In this document: positions 37,962-46,700 of the stretch, in pieces | How the letters are laid out: each line of letters starts with the position of its first letter | How positions within the stretch are numbered: position 1 is the stretch's first letter | Assembly (NCBI GenBank): GCA_963775465.1 | Contig: CAVZIW010000003.1 | Span: forward strand, 128,001 to 192,000 | From: Candidatus Bathyarchaeota archaeon | GTDB lineage: Archaea; Thermoproteota; Bathyarchaeia; Bathyarchaeales; Bathycorpusculaceae | Direction: 5' to 3' | Length of the DNA: 64,000 nt | Translations under genes and position numbers: made by a program | The notes under the pieces: generated by a model | What the model was told of the DNA's origin: nothing | Databases searched by the model: none | What the model saw: only the letters and a program-made list of their open reading frames with translations

Positions 37962-38192
37962 TTCAGTCTGCCTTTCTCTGGATGTCTTTGGTTGGATGGG
38001 ATATATTGCTTTCTTATTAACGCGCCTTTCTTTTTTAAAATGGTTTCTTCTGATTTTAGGTAAATTTGATTAATTTATTCTGAAAGGATTGCAAACGTAA
38101 TCAGCAATATTTACTGGAGATTTAGCGAGTATAACCTTGGAAGTTATCGAAATAGAATTCTAAAACCTACCATAAAAAACGAGGCTGTAAAC

Positions 38193-38306
38193 ATGCACTT
38201 CGCATCTAAAGAATTTGTTGTTGCTGTTGCTACAACCATTATTTGTACGCCTGTTGCAACAGTCACAGGCAAAGAAGATTGGCAAAACATACTTCAGCAA
38301 AGTTAA
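38193..38306 (+). CDS. Possible 37-aa peptide MHFASKEFVVAVATTIICTPVATVTGKEDWQNILQQS
   Basis: ATG with GAGG 8 nt upstream, in the 393-bp gap between two rSAM genes; too short to appear in the ORF track. Confidence 0.4.
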   Translation: MHFASKEFVVAVATTIICTPVATVTGKEDWQNILQQS

Positions 38307-38354
38307 CAAACAGCAAAGATTTCATTGCCAACTGAAAAGAATTATACATAAAGT

Positions 38355-39737
38355 TTAGGAGAGTTTAATATGCATGGCTCTTAGAGCGTATGCAGCTGAT
38401 GTTTTCAATCCTGATCTGCCGTATGTTCCGCCTTTGAGCATCATTTTAAGAACATAGCGTGGTCGTAGGTAGAATTTTTGGTGCGCTTTGTACTTGATTT
38501 CTCGGAGTCTGTCCATGCTTAAGTACGGTGTTTCGAATGTTGGAGTGGCTGTATCGTATTTGTTGAAATCGGTCACCCGTAGCCAGTTGTTCTTTATTAC
38601 TTCCTCATACATGGGTGTTCCTGGGTACGGTGTTGCGATATAACAACCGATATCATCGGGGTTTAAGGAATTGATGAAGTTGATGGTTTCCCATGCAGTC
38701 TCTTCGGTTTCTTCCGGAAAGCCAATAACTGCACTAGCAATTGTCATCATGCCGGCTTTCTGAGCCATCTTAAACGCTTCACGGACCTGTTCACGGTTGA
38801 TTTTTTTGTGCATCTTATCCAAAATCTTCTCACTGCCCGATTCGACACCAAACCATATAGTTATGCAACCAGCGTCACGCATCTTCTCCAATAGTTCTCT
38901 GTCGACAGCATCGACCCGGGTTTCGCAGTCCCATTCCACGTCGAGTTTACGTGCCTTAATATCTGCACACATCTCCAACGTGTGATTACGATTAATCGTG
39001 AATGCATCATCATAAAAAGTGAATTGACTCTCTCCGTACTTACTATGTAGCATCTCCATATCATCTACTACTTTTTTGGGACTCCGTACCCGGTATCCTC
39101 TCCCGAACATGCGCACAGTGCTGCAAAAGTCACACCACTGGACACATCCGCGACTAGTAACGATGGGGAAAATGGTTTTACCCATGCGATGATAAGAATC
39201 AAGAGGTAACAGGTGATATGCTGGCGAAGGCAGTGAATCCAAATCATGCAAGAACGGTCTATCTTCGTTACGTTGAATACCATTTTTCGTTCGAACGGTT
39301 GTGCCTAAAACGTCTTCAAACCCCTTATTGGCTTGGATTCGATCAAGCAACTCAAGGAAAGTGAGTTCGCCTTCTTTGCGGACGATTAGATCGAAGGCTT
39401 TGGTTTCGTTAAGTGCGTTTTCATCCCAGAAGCTTACATGGCTTCCTCCGATCATATTGACGGCTTTTGGGTGAACTTCCCTTGCGACCTCCATGATGGT
39501 TTTTGCCGAGTTGTAAAGAAGAGTAGTTGAAGTTACGCCGACAACGTCTGAGGGAACCCCTGCGATTCGCTGGCGGAAGCTTTCGTAGTTGAGTCTTTCA
39601 CCTTGGCAATCGATGACTGTGACTAAATGACCAGCCTGTTCTGCTACTGCACCTAAATAAGCTAAACCTAATGGTATGAAAGGTGGATGGCTGTGGGCAT
39701 TTGGAGGATAAGGTGGATTAACCAGAGTAATTTTCAA
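38355..39737 (-). CDS. Cobalamin-dependent radical SAM enzyme, paralog 2
   Basis: Same motifs; SRGCVQWCDFC; closely similar to paralog 1. Confidence 0.92.
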   Translation of the reverse strand: MKITLVNPPYPPNAHSHPPFIPLGLAYLGAVAEQAGHLVTVIDCQGERLNYESFRQRIAGVPSDVVGVTSTTLLYNSAKTIMEVAREVHPKAVNMIGGSHVSFWDENALNETKAFDLIVRKEGELTFLELLDRIQANKGFEDVLGTTVRTKNGIQRNEDRPFLHDLDSLPSPAYHLLPLDSYHRMGKTIFPIVTSRGCVQWCDFCSTVRMFGRGYRVRSPKKVVDDMEMLHSKYGESQFTFYDDAFTINRNHTLEMCADIKARKLDVEWDCETRVDAVDRELLEKMRDAGCITIWFGVESGSEKILDKMHKKINREQVREAFKMAQKAGMMTIASAVIGFPEETEETAWETINFINSLNPDDIGCYIATPYPGTPMYEEVIKNNWLRVTDFNKYDTATPTFETPYLSMDRLREIKYKAHQKFYLRPRYVLKMMLKGGTYGRSGLKTSAAYALRAMHIKLS

Positions 39738-39867
39738 GGTGATGCGCCTTTGGTGAAGGGTTACACGTTAAAAACCAATATATTGTTTTTGTAAATAAAC
39801 TCAAAAAATCTAAAAGCACAAAAGTTGAAAAAAAAATGAAAATTTTTTGGTTAACAAAATTGGGGAA

Positions 39868-40770
39868 TTATTTGTAGAGTTTTTCCCAATCGCTGAACAG
39901 TTCTAGGACGTCGTCTCCTCCGTGGTCTTTGAGGAATTCGCGTGTTTCTTTGTCTGCTGCTGCTTCTTTCTGGAATTTTTGGATGTATTCAGCTTTTTCA
40001 GCTAGGAAGATGATGCCGTCGACGCCTTGACGTGCAACACGAGTTGCAACTGTCATGATTTGCTTGGTTGTTGCAACAGTATCCCATGTTTCGTTTGGGC
40101 CGCGGACATAGAAGTTAACGAACATTGGCTTCTTTAGTTGGTTCTTAAATCCACGGGCTATTGTTTCCCAGTACCATGGAGTTGGGTATGATTTACTAAA
40201 CATTGGGATAACGAAATAATCGGCGTATTGTGCCATGGCGTCAAAGTCGTAGCCAAAACGTTCCTTTCCCATCAATGGGTCAGGTAGAATGTTTACGTAG
40301 AGTGGTTTGCCGCTGACGATTTCTTTAACTTCTGCAAGGAAATCTGTTACTGTTTTTGCTCTCCAGTCAACCCATTTTAATCCACTTTTACGTTGTTGTT
40401 CAATACATCTCGGACAAGTGCAGAAGTGTTGGTCTGCAAAGTGTTGGCTGCTAATGCTAATTCCTGGGGTAAGTTTGGTAGATTCTGCGATAATCTTTAG
40501 GTTGTATTCACGCGCTTCTGGGTTAGTCATGCAAACGACGTCCCAGCGAAGGTTAAATCGTTTGTTTGTTCGAAGCGCTGGACCAAAAGAGCTTACTGAG
40601 ATCCAGTCGGGACGTTTTGCCGCCATATTGTTGTCGCCAAAAACTGCGATGTTAGTGTACATTTTTGGGTTGGCTTTGCCCACGATTCCTGACTCAGATT
40701 TTTGACGATAAAAGTTGATATCGACGCCTTCAACAGGCTCAGGTTGATATAGGAATACGCCAGATTTCAA
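39868..40770 (-). CDS. Unknown protein, GHL10-like barrel with CxCxxC
   Basis: VCMTNP, HFADQHFCTCPRC, W..WRA.T.T.FL, PDP....ERFG.D, DYF..P. Confidence 0.6.
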   Translation of the reverse strand: MKSGVFLYQPEPVEGVDINFYRQKSESGIVGKANPKMYTNIAVFGDNNMAAKRPDWISVSSFGPALRTNKRFNLRWDVVCMTNPEAREYNLKIIAESTKLTPGISISSQHFADQHFCTCPRCIEQQRKSGLKWVDWRAKTVTDFLAEVKEIVSGKPLYVNILPDPLMGKERFGYDFDAMAQYADYFVIPMFSKSYPTPWYWETIARGFKNQLKKPMFVNFYVRGPNETWDTVATTKQIMTVATRVARQGVDGIIFLAEKAEYIQKFQKEAAADKETREFLKDHGGDDVLELFSDWEKLYK

Positions 40771-40824
40771 GTTATATGCACCATTTTTACGGTTGTTTTA
40801 TTACGGAATAAAAGTGCAGGTTAT

Positions 40825-41877
40825 TTAAGTCTTTTCAGGTAATCCCTGTTTATGTTTTTCTTGAATAATACCGATTAAAACGTGTTTTACAAATGGCGGC
40901 AAATTTATCTTTTCGTAATTTGGCAGTTTAGAGTCATCTTTTTTTGATGCAGTAGAGTTGCCAAAACCTTTGATTGCTTCGTTCCAGTTCGCGAAGTTGG
41001 TGGGAAGCAAGTTTTTCTTATAGTCATCATCCATCTTTGCAGCCGCCATAAGATACGCGTTAAAGACTGGTTTATTCGCAAGAATATCCGCTAAAGTTGT
41101 AGTGTCCACTGTTAAGCTTTCAACTTTGGATAGTTCAGTTGCCAATTTATCAAGAGGCAAATGTCTTTCCTTGAGCCTGTCCTCCACACTTCGGCATTCC
41201 CAAAACGGTTCCTGTTTAAGTAAGGCTTCAGTAACTGCGCGCCTTGTACAATACCCGATTGCTTTGCCTAATTTCGAAGCCGGACCAGCCAATGAGATTC
41301 TCTTACCTTTGTCTAATGAAACTAGCGTAACGCTATCAGTAATAGAGCCCGTTGCTGGCTCGCCGTTGTAGAAGCTTCTAACATCAAGATCTCGAAGTGC
41401 GGCTGATTTAGCTTCGGTTGTGGTGATAAGTGCAGCTACCATGCAACTGTCTGATGGCTTTGCATCGATAATGACAATTATGTTTATAGTACCGCCGATT
41501 TCTTGAACATCCATTTGTTCTCCTGCGGATTCGCCATGTTTGCAGCCTGCAGTTGCAATAACGCTTACAGAGAAATCGTCAAGTTTTTGGCTTACAAGGC
41601 TGAAATTTTGGATTTTTGCTGCTGTAACCATGGCCAAATAATCTTTTGTGACGCCTAATTTGGCTGCAGATGATGTTATTAGTTTCAGCGGGTCTAGGTG
41701 CAAGGAGAGGTCATTGTATCCTTCCGGCACCCCTACATTGAGGACAGTTTTTACCTGTTTGTGCCCGCCACAATAAAACGCTGAACTTAGAGTCTTTAAA
41801 GCATTATCACAAGATACGGCTAGTACATTTTCTTTAACTATGAGTTTAATTCCCTCTGCAAGGCTAAAATCCCGCAA
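40825..41877 (-). CDS. cbiZ: Adenosylcobinamide amidohydrolase (CbiZ family)
   Basis: LSSA...G, MVTAA, ATAG, GTINII, TEAKSAAL, ATGSITDS, GPAS.LG. Confidence 0.85.
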   Translation of the reverse strand: MRDFSLAEGIKLIVKENVLAVSCDNALKTLSSAFYCGGHKQVKTVLNVGVPEGYNDLSLHLDPLKLITSSAAKLGVTKDYLAMVTAAKIQNFSLVSQKLDDFSVSVIATAGCKHGESAGEQMDVQEIGGTINIIVIIDAKPSDSCMVAALITTTEAKSAALRDLDVRSFYNGEPATGSITDSVTLVSLDKGKRISLAGPASKLGKAIGYCTRRAVTEALLKQEPFWECRSVEDRLKERHLPLDKLATELSKVESLTVDTTTLADILANKPVFNAYLMAAAKMDDDYKKNLLPTNFANWNEAIKGFGNSTASKKDDSKLPNYEKINLPPFVKHVLIGIIQEKHKQGLPEKT

Positions 41878-41897
41878 ACCGCCAGGCTTCCTTTATG

Positions 41898-42116
41898 CTA
41901 TTTTTGGGCTCTACTCGGATTTAAAGTGATGGCTTTGGATGGGCACAGGTTGACGCATATCCCACAGCTTGTGCATTCTATTACGTCAATCACTTGAGGT
42001 TTTCGATTTTTTCCTTCTTCTAAGACTCCTTGTGGACAAACGCCGATACAGATTTGTCCTGTGCAAGGTGGGCATTTGGATAGATCAATTATTATTGAGG
42101 TTTTGGGTTTGCCCAT
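41898..42116 (-). CDS. 2x[4Fe-4S] ferredoxin
   Basis: CPPCTGQICIGVCP and CTSCGICVNLCP; ATG 42116. Confidence 0.88.
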   Translation of the reverse strand: MGKPKTSIIIDLSKCPPCTGQICIGVCPQGVLEEGKNRKPQVIDVIECTSCGICVNLCPSKAITLNPSRAQK

Positions 42117-42174
42117 TTGAATCAACAATTAAATAAGCGCCAACAATATATCTGTTGCGAGCAAGGTAAAAGTC

Positions 42175-43059
42175 ATGAAAATAGGCTTAGTCACATACAA
42201 ACCCGAATTTGTTGAGGGTTTTGACCTACATGTTTACTATTCTAAATGGGTAGACGGACAAGTTTTTCCTGCGGCAAAGGGTATGCAGAATGATGTGTCA
42301 GTCCTTTGTGACGCTAAAGCAATTCGTGAAGACCCCAGTATTGTCGCTCTCTCAAAAAACGGTCCAGCGCTACGCCGCAATAAAAGAAGTCATTTTGTTT
42401 TTGACTATGTTTGTCCGACAAATCCAAGTTATAGAAGTAGAGTTATGGATTACATCGAAGGCTTAAGTAAAGAAGAAATTCTTGGAGTAACGCTTAACCT
42501 CTATCATTTTCCAGATCAAGAATTTTGTATTTGTCCACGGTGCATTGAGAAATGGAAGCTGAGCGGCTTAAACTGGATACAATGGCGAGCACAAACTATC
42601 ACTGAGTTACTAAGAGAAGCTAAATCGAAAGTAAAAGGCACGTTTGCCGTAGAAATTTACCCTGACCCCGTCTTAGCTAAAGAGCGGTTTGGAATAGACC
42701 TTGAAGCTGTCGGTAAATTAGTGGACTACTTCCATGTACCTCTATCATCACGCGACTATTTGACTAGCTACTGGGTAGATATAATAACCCGAGATTTCAT
42801 TGCAACGCTAAAAAAGCCGGTTGTGGTTGAATTAAGTGGTGAAATACCAACCGACGAAAAACTCGACGCTCTTCTAAGAACGATAGCTTACATTTCTCGT
42901 CACAACTTGGATGCTGTCCTTCTTTTGGTGCATGATTCAGAAAACGCCCGACAAGTCGCAAAATTTGCTGTCCAAAACAATGATTTACGAGAGTGGTTTG
43001 CAAAGTATGAGTTTGAAGAAATGAGCAGAATCGTTGACAGGTGGGCTAAACTTTACTGA
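42175..43059 (+). CDS. Unknown protein, paralog of 39868..40770 (CxCxxC barrel)
   Basis: GPALR.NKR, VCPTNP, HFPDQEFCICPRC, PDP....ERFG.D and terminal W.KLY shared with the paralog. Confidence 0.6.
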   Translation: MKIGLVTYKPEFVEGFDLHVYYSKWVDGQVFPAAKGMQNDVSVLCDAKAIREDPSIVALSKNGPALRRNKRSHFVFDYVCPTNPSYRSRVMDYIEGLSKEEILGVTLNLYHFPDQEFCICPRCIEKWKLSGLNWIQWRAQTITELLREAKSKVKGTFAVEIYPDPVLAKERFGIDLEAVGKLVDYFHVPLSSRDYLTSYWVDIITRDFIATLKKPVVVELSGEIPTDEKLDALLRTIAYISRHNLDAVLLLVHDSENARQVAKFAVQNNDLREWFAKYEFEEMSRIVDRWAKLY

Positions 43060-43840
43060 GTTGTGCTCGGTAGTCTCTTAGTATTTTCATGTCTAGATCC
43101 GCATTCAAGATAGAGTCTTTCGGTGAGTCGGTGACCTCTCCAAGGATTCCCCATGGTGCAATGATAGCGCTTCGACCTCCCCGCATGTTTGAACATACAT
43201 TGCCAACTTTAAGGATGTAGAAACCGAAGTTTCGAGCAATTCCAACTGTAAGCGGATGGCCTTGAACTGTTGGGTGTGTTCCCATGGCCGCCACGGGTAA
43301 AGAGACAATTTCTGCGCCTAAATCGGCAACAGCATTGACGACTTCAGGGTTAAAAGTGTCTGCGCATACAATCATACCGAGCTTGCCAAATTCTGTGTCT
43401 ATGACAGTTGGTATAGACCCTTTGGAGACACCTGCCTCAAGTTCAGCTTTTATAGGACTGATTTTCTTGTATTTTGTTATTAGTTTGCCGTTTCTCCAAA
43501 GTGTACTAGTGTTGTAATATTTGTTGTCCTCTTTCTCCAAGATTGTTCCGCCCAGCAAGTATATGCAGCCAATGGCTTTGGAGATTTCTTCCAGGAAAGC
43601 AATGGTTTTGGAAGCGGTTTGCTTGCTGATTTTTGGGGCGTCGGTAAAGTCTGCCATGCAGTTGGGGACAGTGAAGTATTCTGGTAAAGTAATGATGGCT
43701 GGGTTTTGTTTTGCTGCTTTTAAGACGGCGGTTTTTGCTGCGGCGATGTTGTCTTTTAGGGTTTGGCGGATTTCCATATGTAAGATGCTAACTTTCAAAG
43801 AGGTGGCCTCTGGCAATTCTATTGGTTTGTTTTTGTACAT
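43046..43840 (-). CDS. Carbon-nitrogen hydrolase (nitrilase superfamily)
   Basis: E-K-C triad in LPEYF, YKKI, VCAD; YYNTS; G.S.II.PWG. Confidence 0.9.
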   Translation of the reverse strand: MYKNKPIELPEATSLKVSILHMEIRQTLKDNIAAAKTAVLKAAKQNPAIITLPEYFTVPNCMADFTDAPKISKQTASKTIAFLEEISKAIGCIYLLGGTILEKEDNKYYNTSTLWRNGKLITKYKKISPIKAELEAGVSKGSIPTVIDTEFGKLGMIVCADTFNPEVVNAVADLGAEIVSLPVAAMGTHPTVQGHPLTVGIARNFGFYILKVGNVCSNMRGGRSAIIAPWGILGEVTDSPKDSILNADLDMKILRDYRAQLSKV

Positions 43841-44010
43841 TTAAACATAGTTCTTTGACGCATAAATGTGTAACAAAGCTCCTTTGTAAGCATTTGTCAA
43901 ATTATTGTGTTTATTTATGCACAAATGTCGGGTAATTAACACCTTTTATATGCATACGGATAAACTTATATAGAAGACGAGTGACAAACAGTGTAATGCG
44001 AGGGACAGAA

Positions 44011-44994
44011 ATGACGTTTAATGAATCAGAAGTTAACAAACTCTTGCCTGACGTTAAGACGTTAGTCAATAAAGTCGTTAAGAAAAACATGGCTGATGGC
44101 TTTCTATTTTCAGCGGGAACAGACACCCAAATTATAGCATACGAAGCGGTAAAGTACAATCCAGACATACCTTGCCTTACCTTAGCTTTTAAACATGGCC
44201 AACCAAAAGACACTGAATACGTTAAAAAAATGGTTGAGCTTCTGCACTTAAAGCATGAGACTTACCAATTTGGCAAAGAGGACGTAATGAAATTTTTCCC
44301 CAAAGTTGTGGAAGCACTAAAAAAATATGATCCTATGGAGATCCGAAACAGCCTGCCCGTCTACATTGGTTTAACATTGTTGAAACCAAAGGGTATAAAG
44401 ACTGTTTTTACAGGTGATGCATTAGACGAGCTTTTCGGTTATCCGTGGCAATTTCATTTGTCAGAAGAACAATTTGCAGTAAAGCAGCAGGAAATGTGGG
44501 CCGAAATGGGTTTTTCCTCCTTCCCAATGGCAGAATCTCTTGGAATGCAAATAAAAGCACCATATAGGGACCCAGAATTTATGGATTGGGCAATGAAGCT
44601 ACCAATCAAATATAAGATTAACATGTACAACGGTGTAAAATACAGCAAATGGATTCTGCGTAAGGCCTACGAGGATGTAATACCCAAAGATATCATATGG
44701 AGGCCAAAAGCACCACTCGAAGCAGGTACAGGAACAGAAACCTTGCGTACCTATTTTAACGATATGATCACCGATAAAGAGTTCAGCGAGAAAAAAGAAG
44801 CTATTAAGGTATCAGACGATGTAGAAATCCAAGACAAAGAGCAATTGCTCTACTACGAGGTATTCCGCCAAAAGTTCGGCAAGCCCAAAGATGTTTTCCC
44901 AAAAATTGAAGGTGCAGTGCAATGTCCAAAATGCCATAGCTACATCAAAACTAAAATACAGTTCTGCAAGACTTGCGGAGCCTACCCAATCTAA
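44011..44994 (+). CDS. Asparagine-synthase-like ATP-dependent ligase domain (no glutaminase domain) with C-terminal Zn ribbon
   Basis: FSAGTDT PP-loop variant, TGDALDELFGY, KWILRKAY...IP..I.WRPK, CPKC..CKTC; likely ATG 44011. Confidence 0.82.
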   Translation: MTFNESEVNKLLPDVKTLVNKVVKKNMADGFLFSAGTDTQIIAYEAVKYNPDIPCLTLAFKHGQPKDTEYVKKMVELLHLKHETYQFGKEDVMKFFPKVVEALKKYDPMEIRNSLPVYIGLTLLKPKGIKTVFTGDALDELFGYPWQFHLSEEQFAVKQQEMWAEMGFSSFPMAESLGMQIKAPYRDPEFMDWAMKLPIKYKINMYNGVKYSKWILRKAYEDVIPKDIIWRPKAPLEAGTGTETLRTYFNDMITDKEFSEKKEAIKVSDDVEIQDKEQLLYYEVFRQKFGKPKDVFPKIEGAVQCPKCHSYIKTKIQFCKTCGAYPI

Positions 44995-45055
44995 TTTTTC
45001 TTTTCTTTATTTTCGAGATTTTTTTGCATTTTTGGGAAAGACTTAATTCTTTAAT

Positions 45056-46138
45056 TTGTTTAATGTTGAAAAACAACGCAAGGTATCATGTTTGGCTAGT
45101 CTTTCCCAACTCAAGTTTGCAATGGCAACCTCCATTTTTCTATCTGCCTTCATTTTTGGCCTATTTGTGTTTGCCATTGTTTTCTTTTTGCAGTTGGATG
45201 TTTTTACTGGGTTACTTGTTGCTGTAGGGGGATCGGCGCTCTTTATTCTATTCCAGTACGCGATTGGTCCAGTCATTGTTGCAACAACTACAAAATTGCA
45301 GTACCTAAAGGCAGGAGATAACCCGTGGCTTGAGGCAACTGTCAAAAATCTTGCTGATAAAAGTGGATTACCTATGCCGAAACTCGCAATCGTGCCAAAT
45401 AACACACCTAATGCTTTCACTTTTGGTAGAACTACTAGTAGCGCTACTTTAGCTGTACATGAAGGACTTTTAAGGCAACTAACCGAAGCTGAAGTTGAAG
45501 GTGTAATTGCTCACGAACTAGGTCACATCAAGCATAAAGACTACATTGTCATGACTGTACTTTCTGCTTTACCTTTGATTGCATACATTATTGCCCAAGT
45601 TACTCTGCGCGCCGGAGTGTTTAGTAGCGGATCCCGAAGGAACAACAAAGACAACTCCGGTGTTGTCCTACTTGTTATCGGGGCTATTTCATTTGCCATT
45701 TACATAATCACTTTCTTAATCGTAATGAGGCTTAGTCGTCTCCGCGAACATTATGCTGATGCTTTTTCTGCATATGCGACGAGTTCACCGAGAGAACTGG
45801 AGAGTGCTCTGGCAAAAATTACCTATGGCCTATCGATATCGCCTAAACCACCTGAAGGCGTACGAGCATTCTACATTGAAGACCCTGGTATGGCAAAACA
45901 GGAGATTCAACGCATAATGGAAAACAAAAACCAGTATGATTTGGATCACGATGGTGTTTTAGACCAGCGTGAGTTAGAGATGGCAATGGAAAAAGAATCT
46001 AAATCTACATGGGTTCAAATGAACAGCCTCTTTGCTACTCACCCACCTACGTTCAAACGAATCTTACTTTTAAAGGAAATCGAGCAAGAAATGGACACAG
46101 GTCGATATAGTATCGACAAAATGTACACACATGTTTAA
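45056..46138 (+). CDS. htpX: HtpX/M48 zinc metalloprotease with an EF-hand-like insert
   Basis: PNAFTFG, AHELGH, SRLREHYAD, THPP..KRI; start may be the TTG of LASL. Confidence 0.9.
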   Translation: MFNVEKQRKVSCLASLSQLKFAMATSIFLSAFIFGLFVFAIVFFLQLDVFTGLLVAVGGSALFILFQYAIGPVIVATTTKLQYLKAGDNPWLEATVKNLADKSGLPMPKLAIVPNNTPNAFTFGRTTSSATLAVHEGLLRQLTEAEVEGVIAHELGHIKHKDYIVMTVLSALPLIAYIIAQVTLRAGVFSSGSRRNNKDNSGVVLLVIGAISFAIYIITFLIVMRLSRLREHYADAFSAYATSSPRELESALAKITYGLSISPKPPEGVRAFYIEDPGMAKQEIQRIMENKNQYDLDHDGVLDQRELEMAMEKESKSTWVQMNSLFATHPPTFKRILLLKEIEQEMDTGRYSIDKMYTHV

Positions 46139-46231
46139 AACAACTTTCTGGGTCAAAATCATCGAAATTAATGCGAAAATTAATATCTCCCAAGAATCGA
46201 TTTACTATAAAAAACTAAAAAGGAACCGAAA

Positions 46232-46438
46232 ATGGTAAATTACTGTCCCGAATGCGGCGGAGAAATACATTACATTTCATTAACCAAGCACTATGTTTGC
46301 AAAAGTTGCGGATTATCCTGCACAGGACAGGAACTTAACGACCTCCATGACAAGAACAGACCAGCCGAAGAAACTGAGGAAGAAGTGCGAGCGAACCGCC
46401 GAAAAGAATACCTCAAATGGTACCTGAGCAAAAAGTAA
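46232..46438 (+). CDS. Small zinc-ribbon protein
   Basis: CPECGG..YVCKSCG, charged tail EYLKWYL; AAGGA RBS. Confidence 0.75.
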   Translation: MVNYCPECGGEIHYISLTKHYVCKSCGLSCTGQELNDLHDKNRPAEETEEEVRANRRKEYLKWYLSKK

Positions 46439-46700
46439 GGTTGCCTTTAGAGAGTAGTTTGTCTTTTTGTTAGCCTTGACTTTGTTAGTTTTGCTCTCGG
46501 TTTGGGCTTGATTTTTTTTTAGCTGAATCGATGTGAACGCTGTAATGGTATATTTGTCTCTGACTTGTGCAACTCTTGTCTTGTGACTTTGACAAAACGC
46601 AGGAATGCGCGACTCAGAAATTTGCAATTTAAAACTGCTTTTCTGCAATGAAAGCAAAACTGGACAAGGAATATAAAGAAAATAAATTGAAAAAGGGAAA

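Noticed and set aside
38193-44994. Lasso peptide system (Asn-synthase-like cyclase plus small ORF)
   Set aside because: No transglutaminase-like leader peptidase or RRE, and the peptide lacks the Thr(-2) with Asp/Glu at 7-9 pattern
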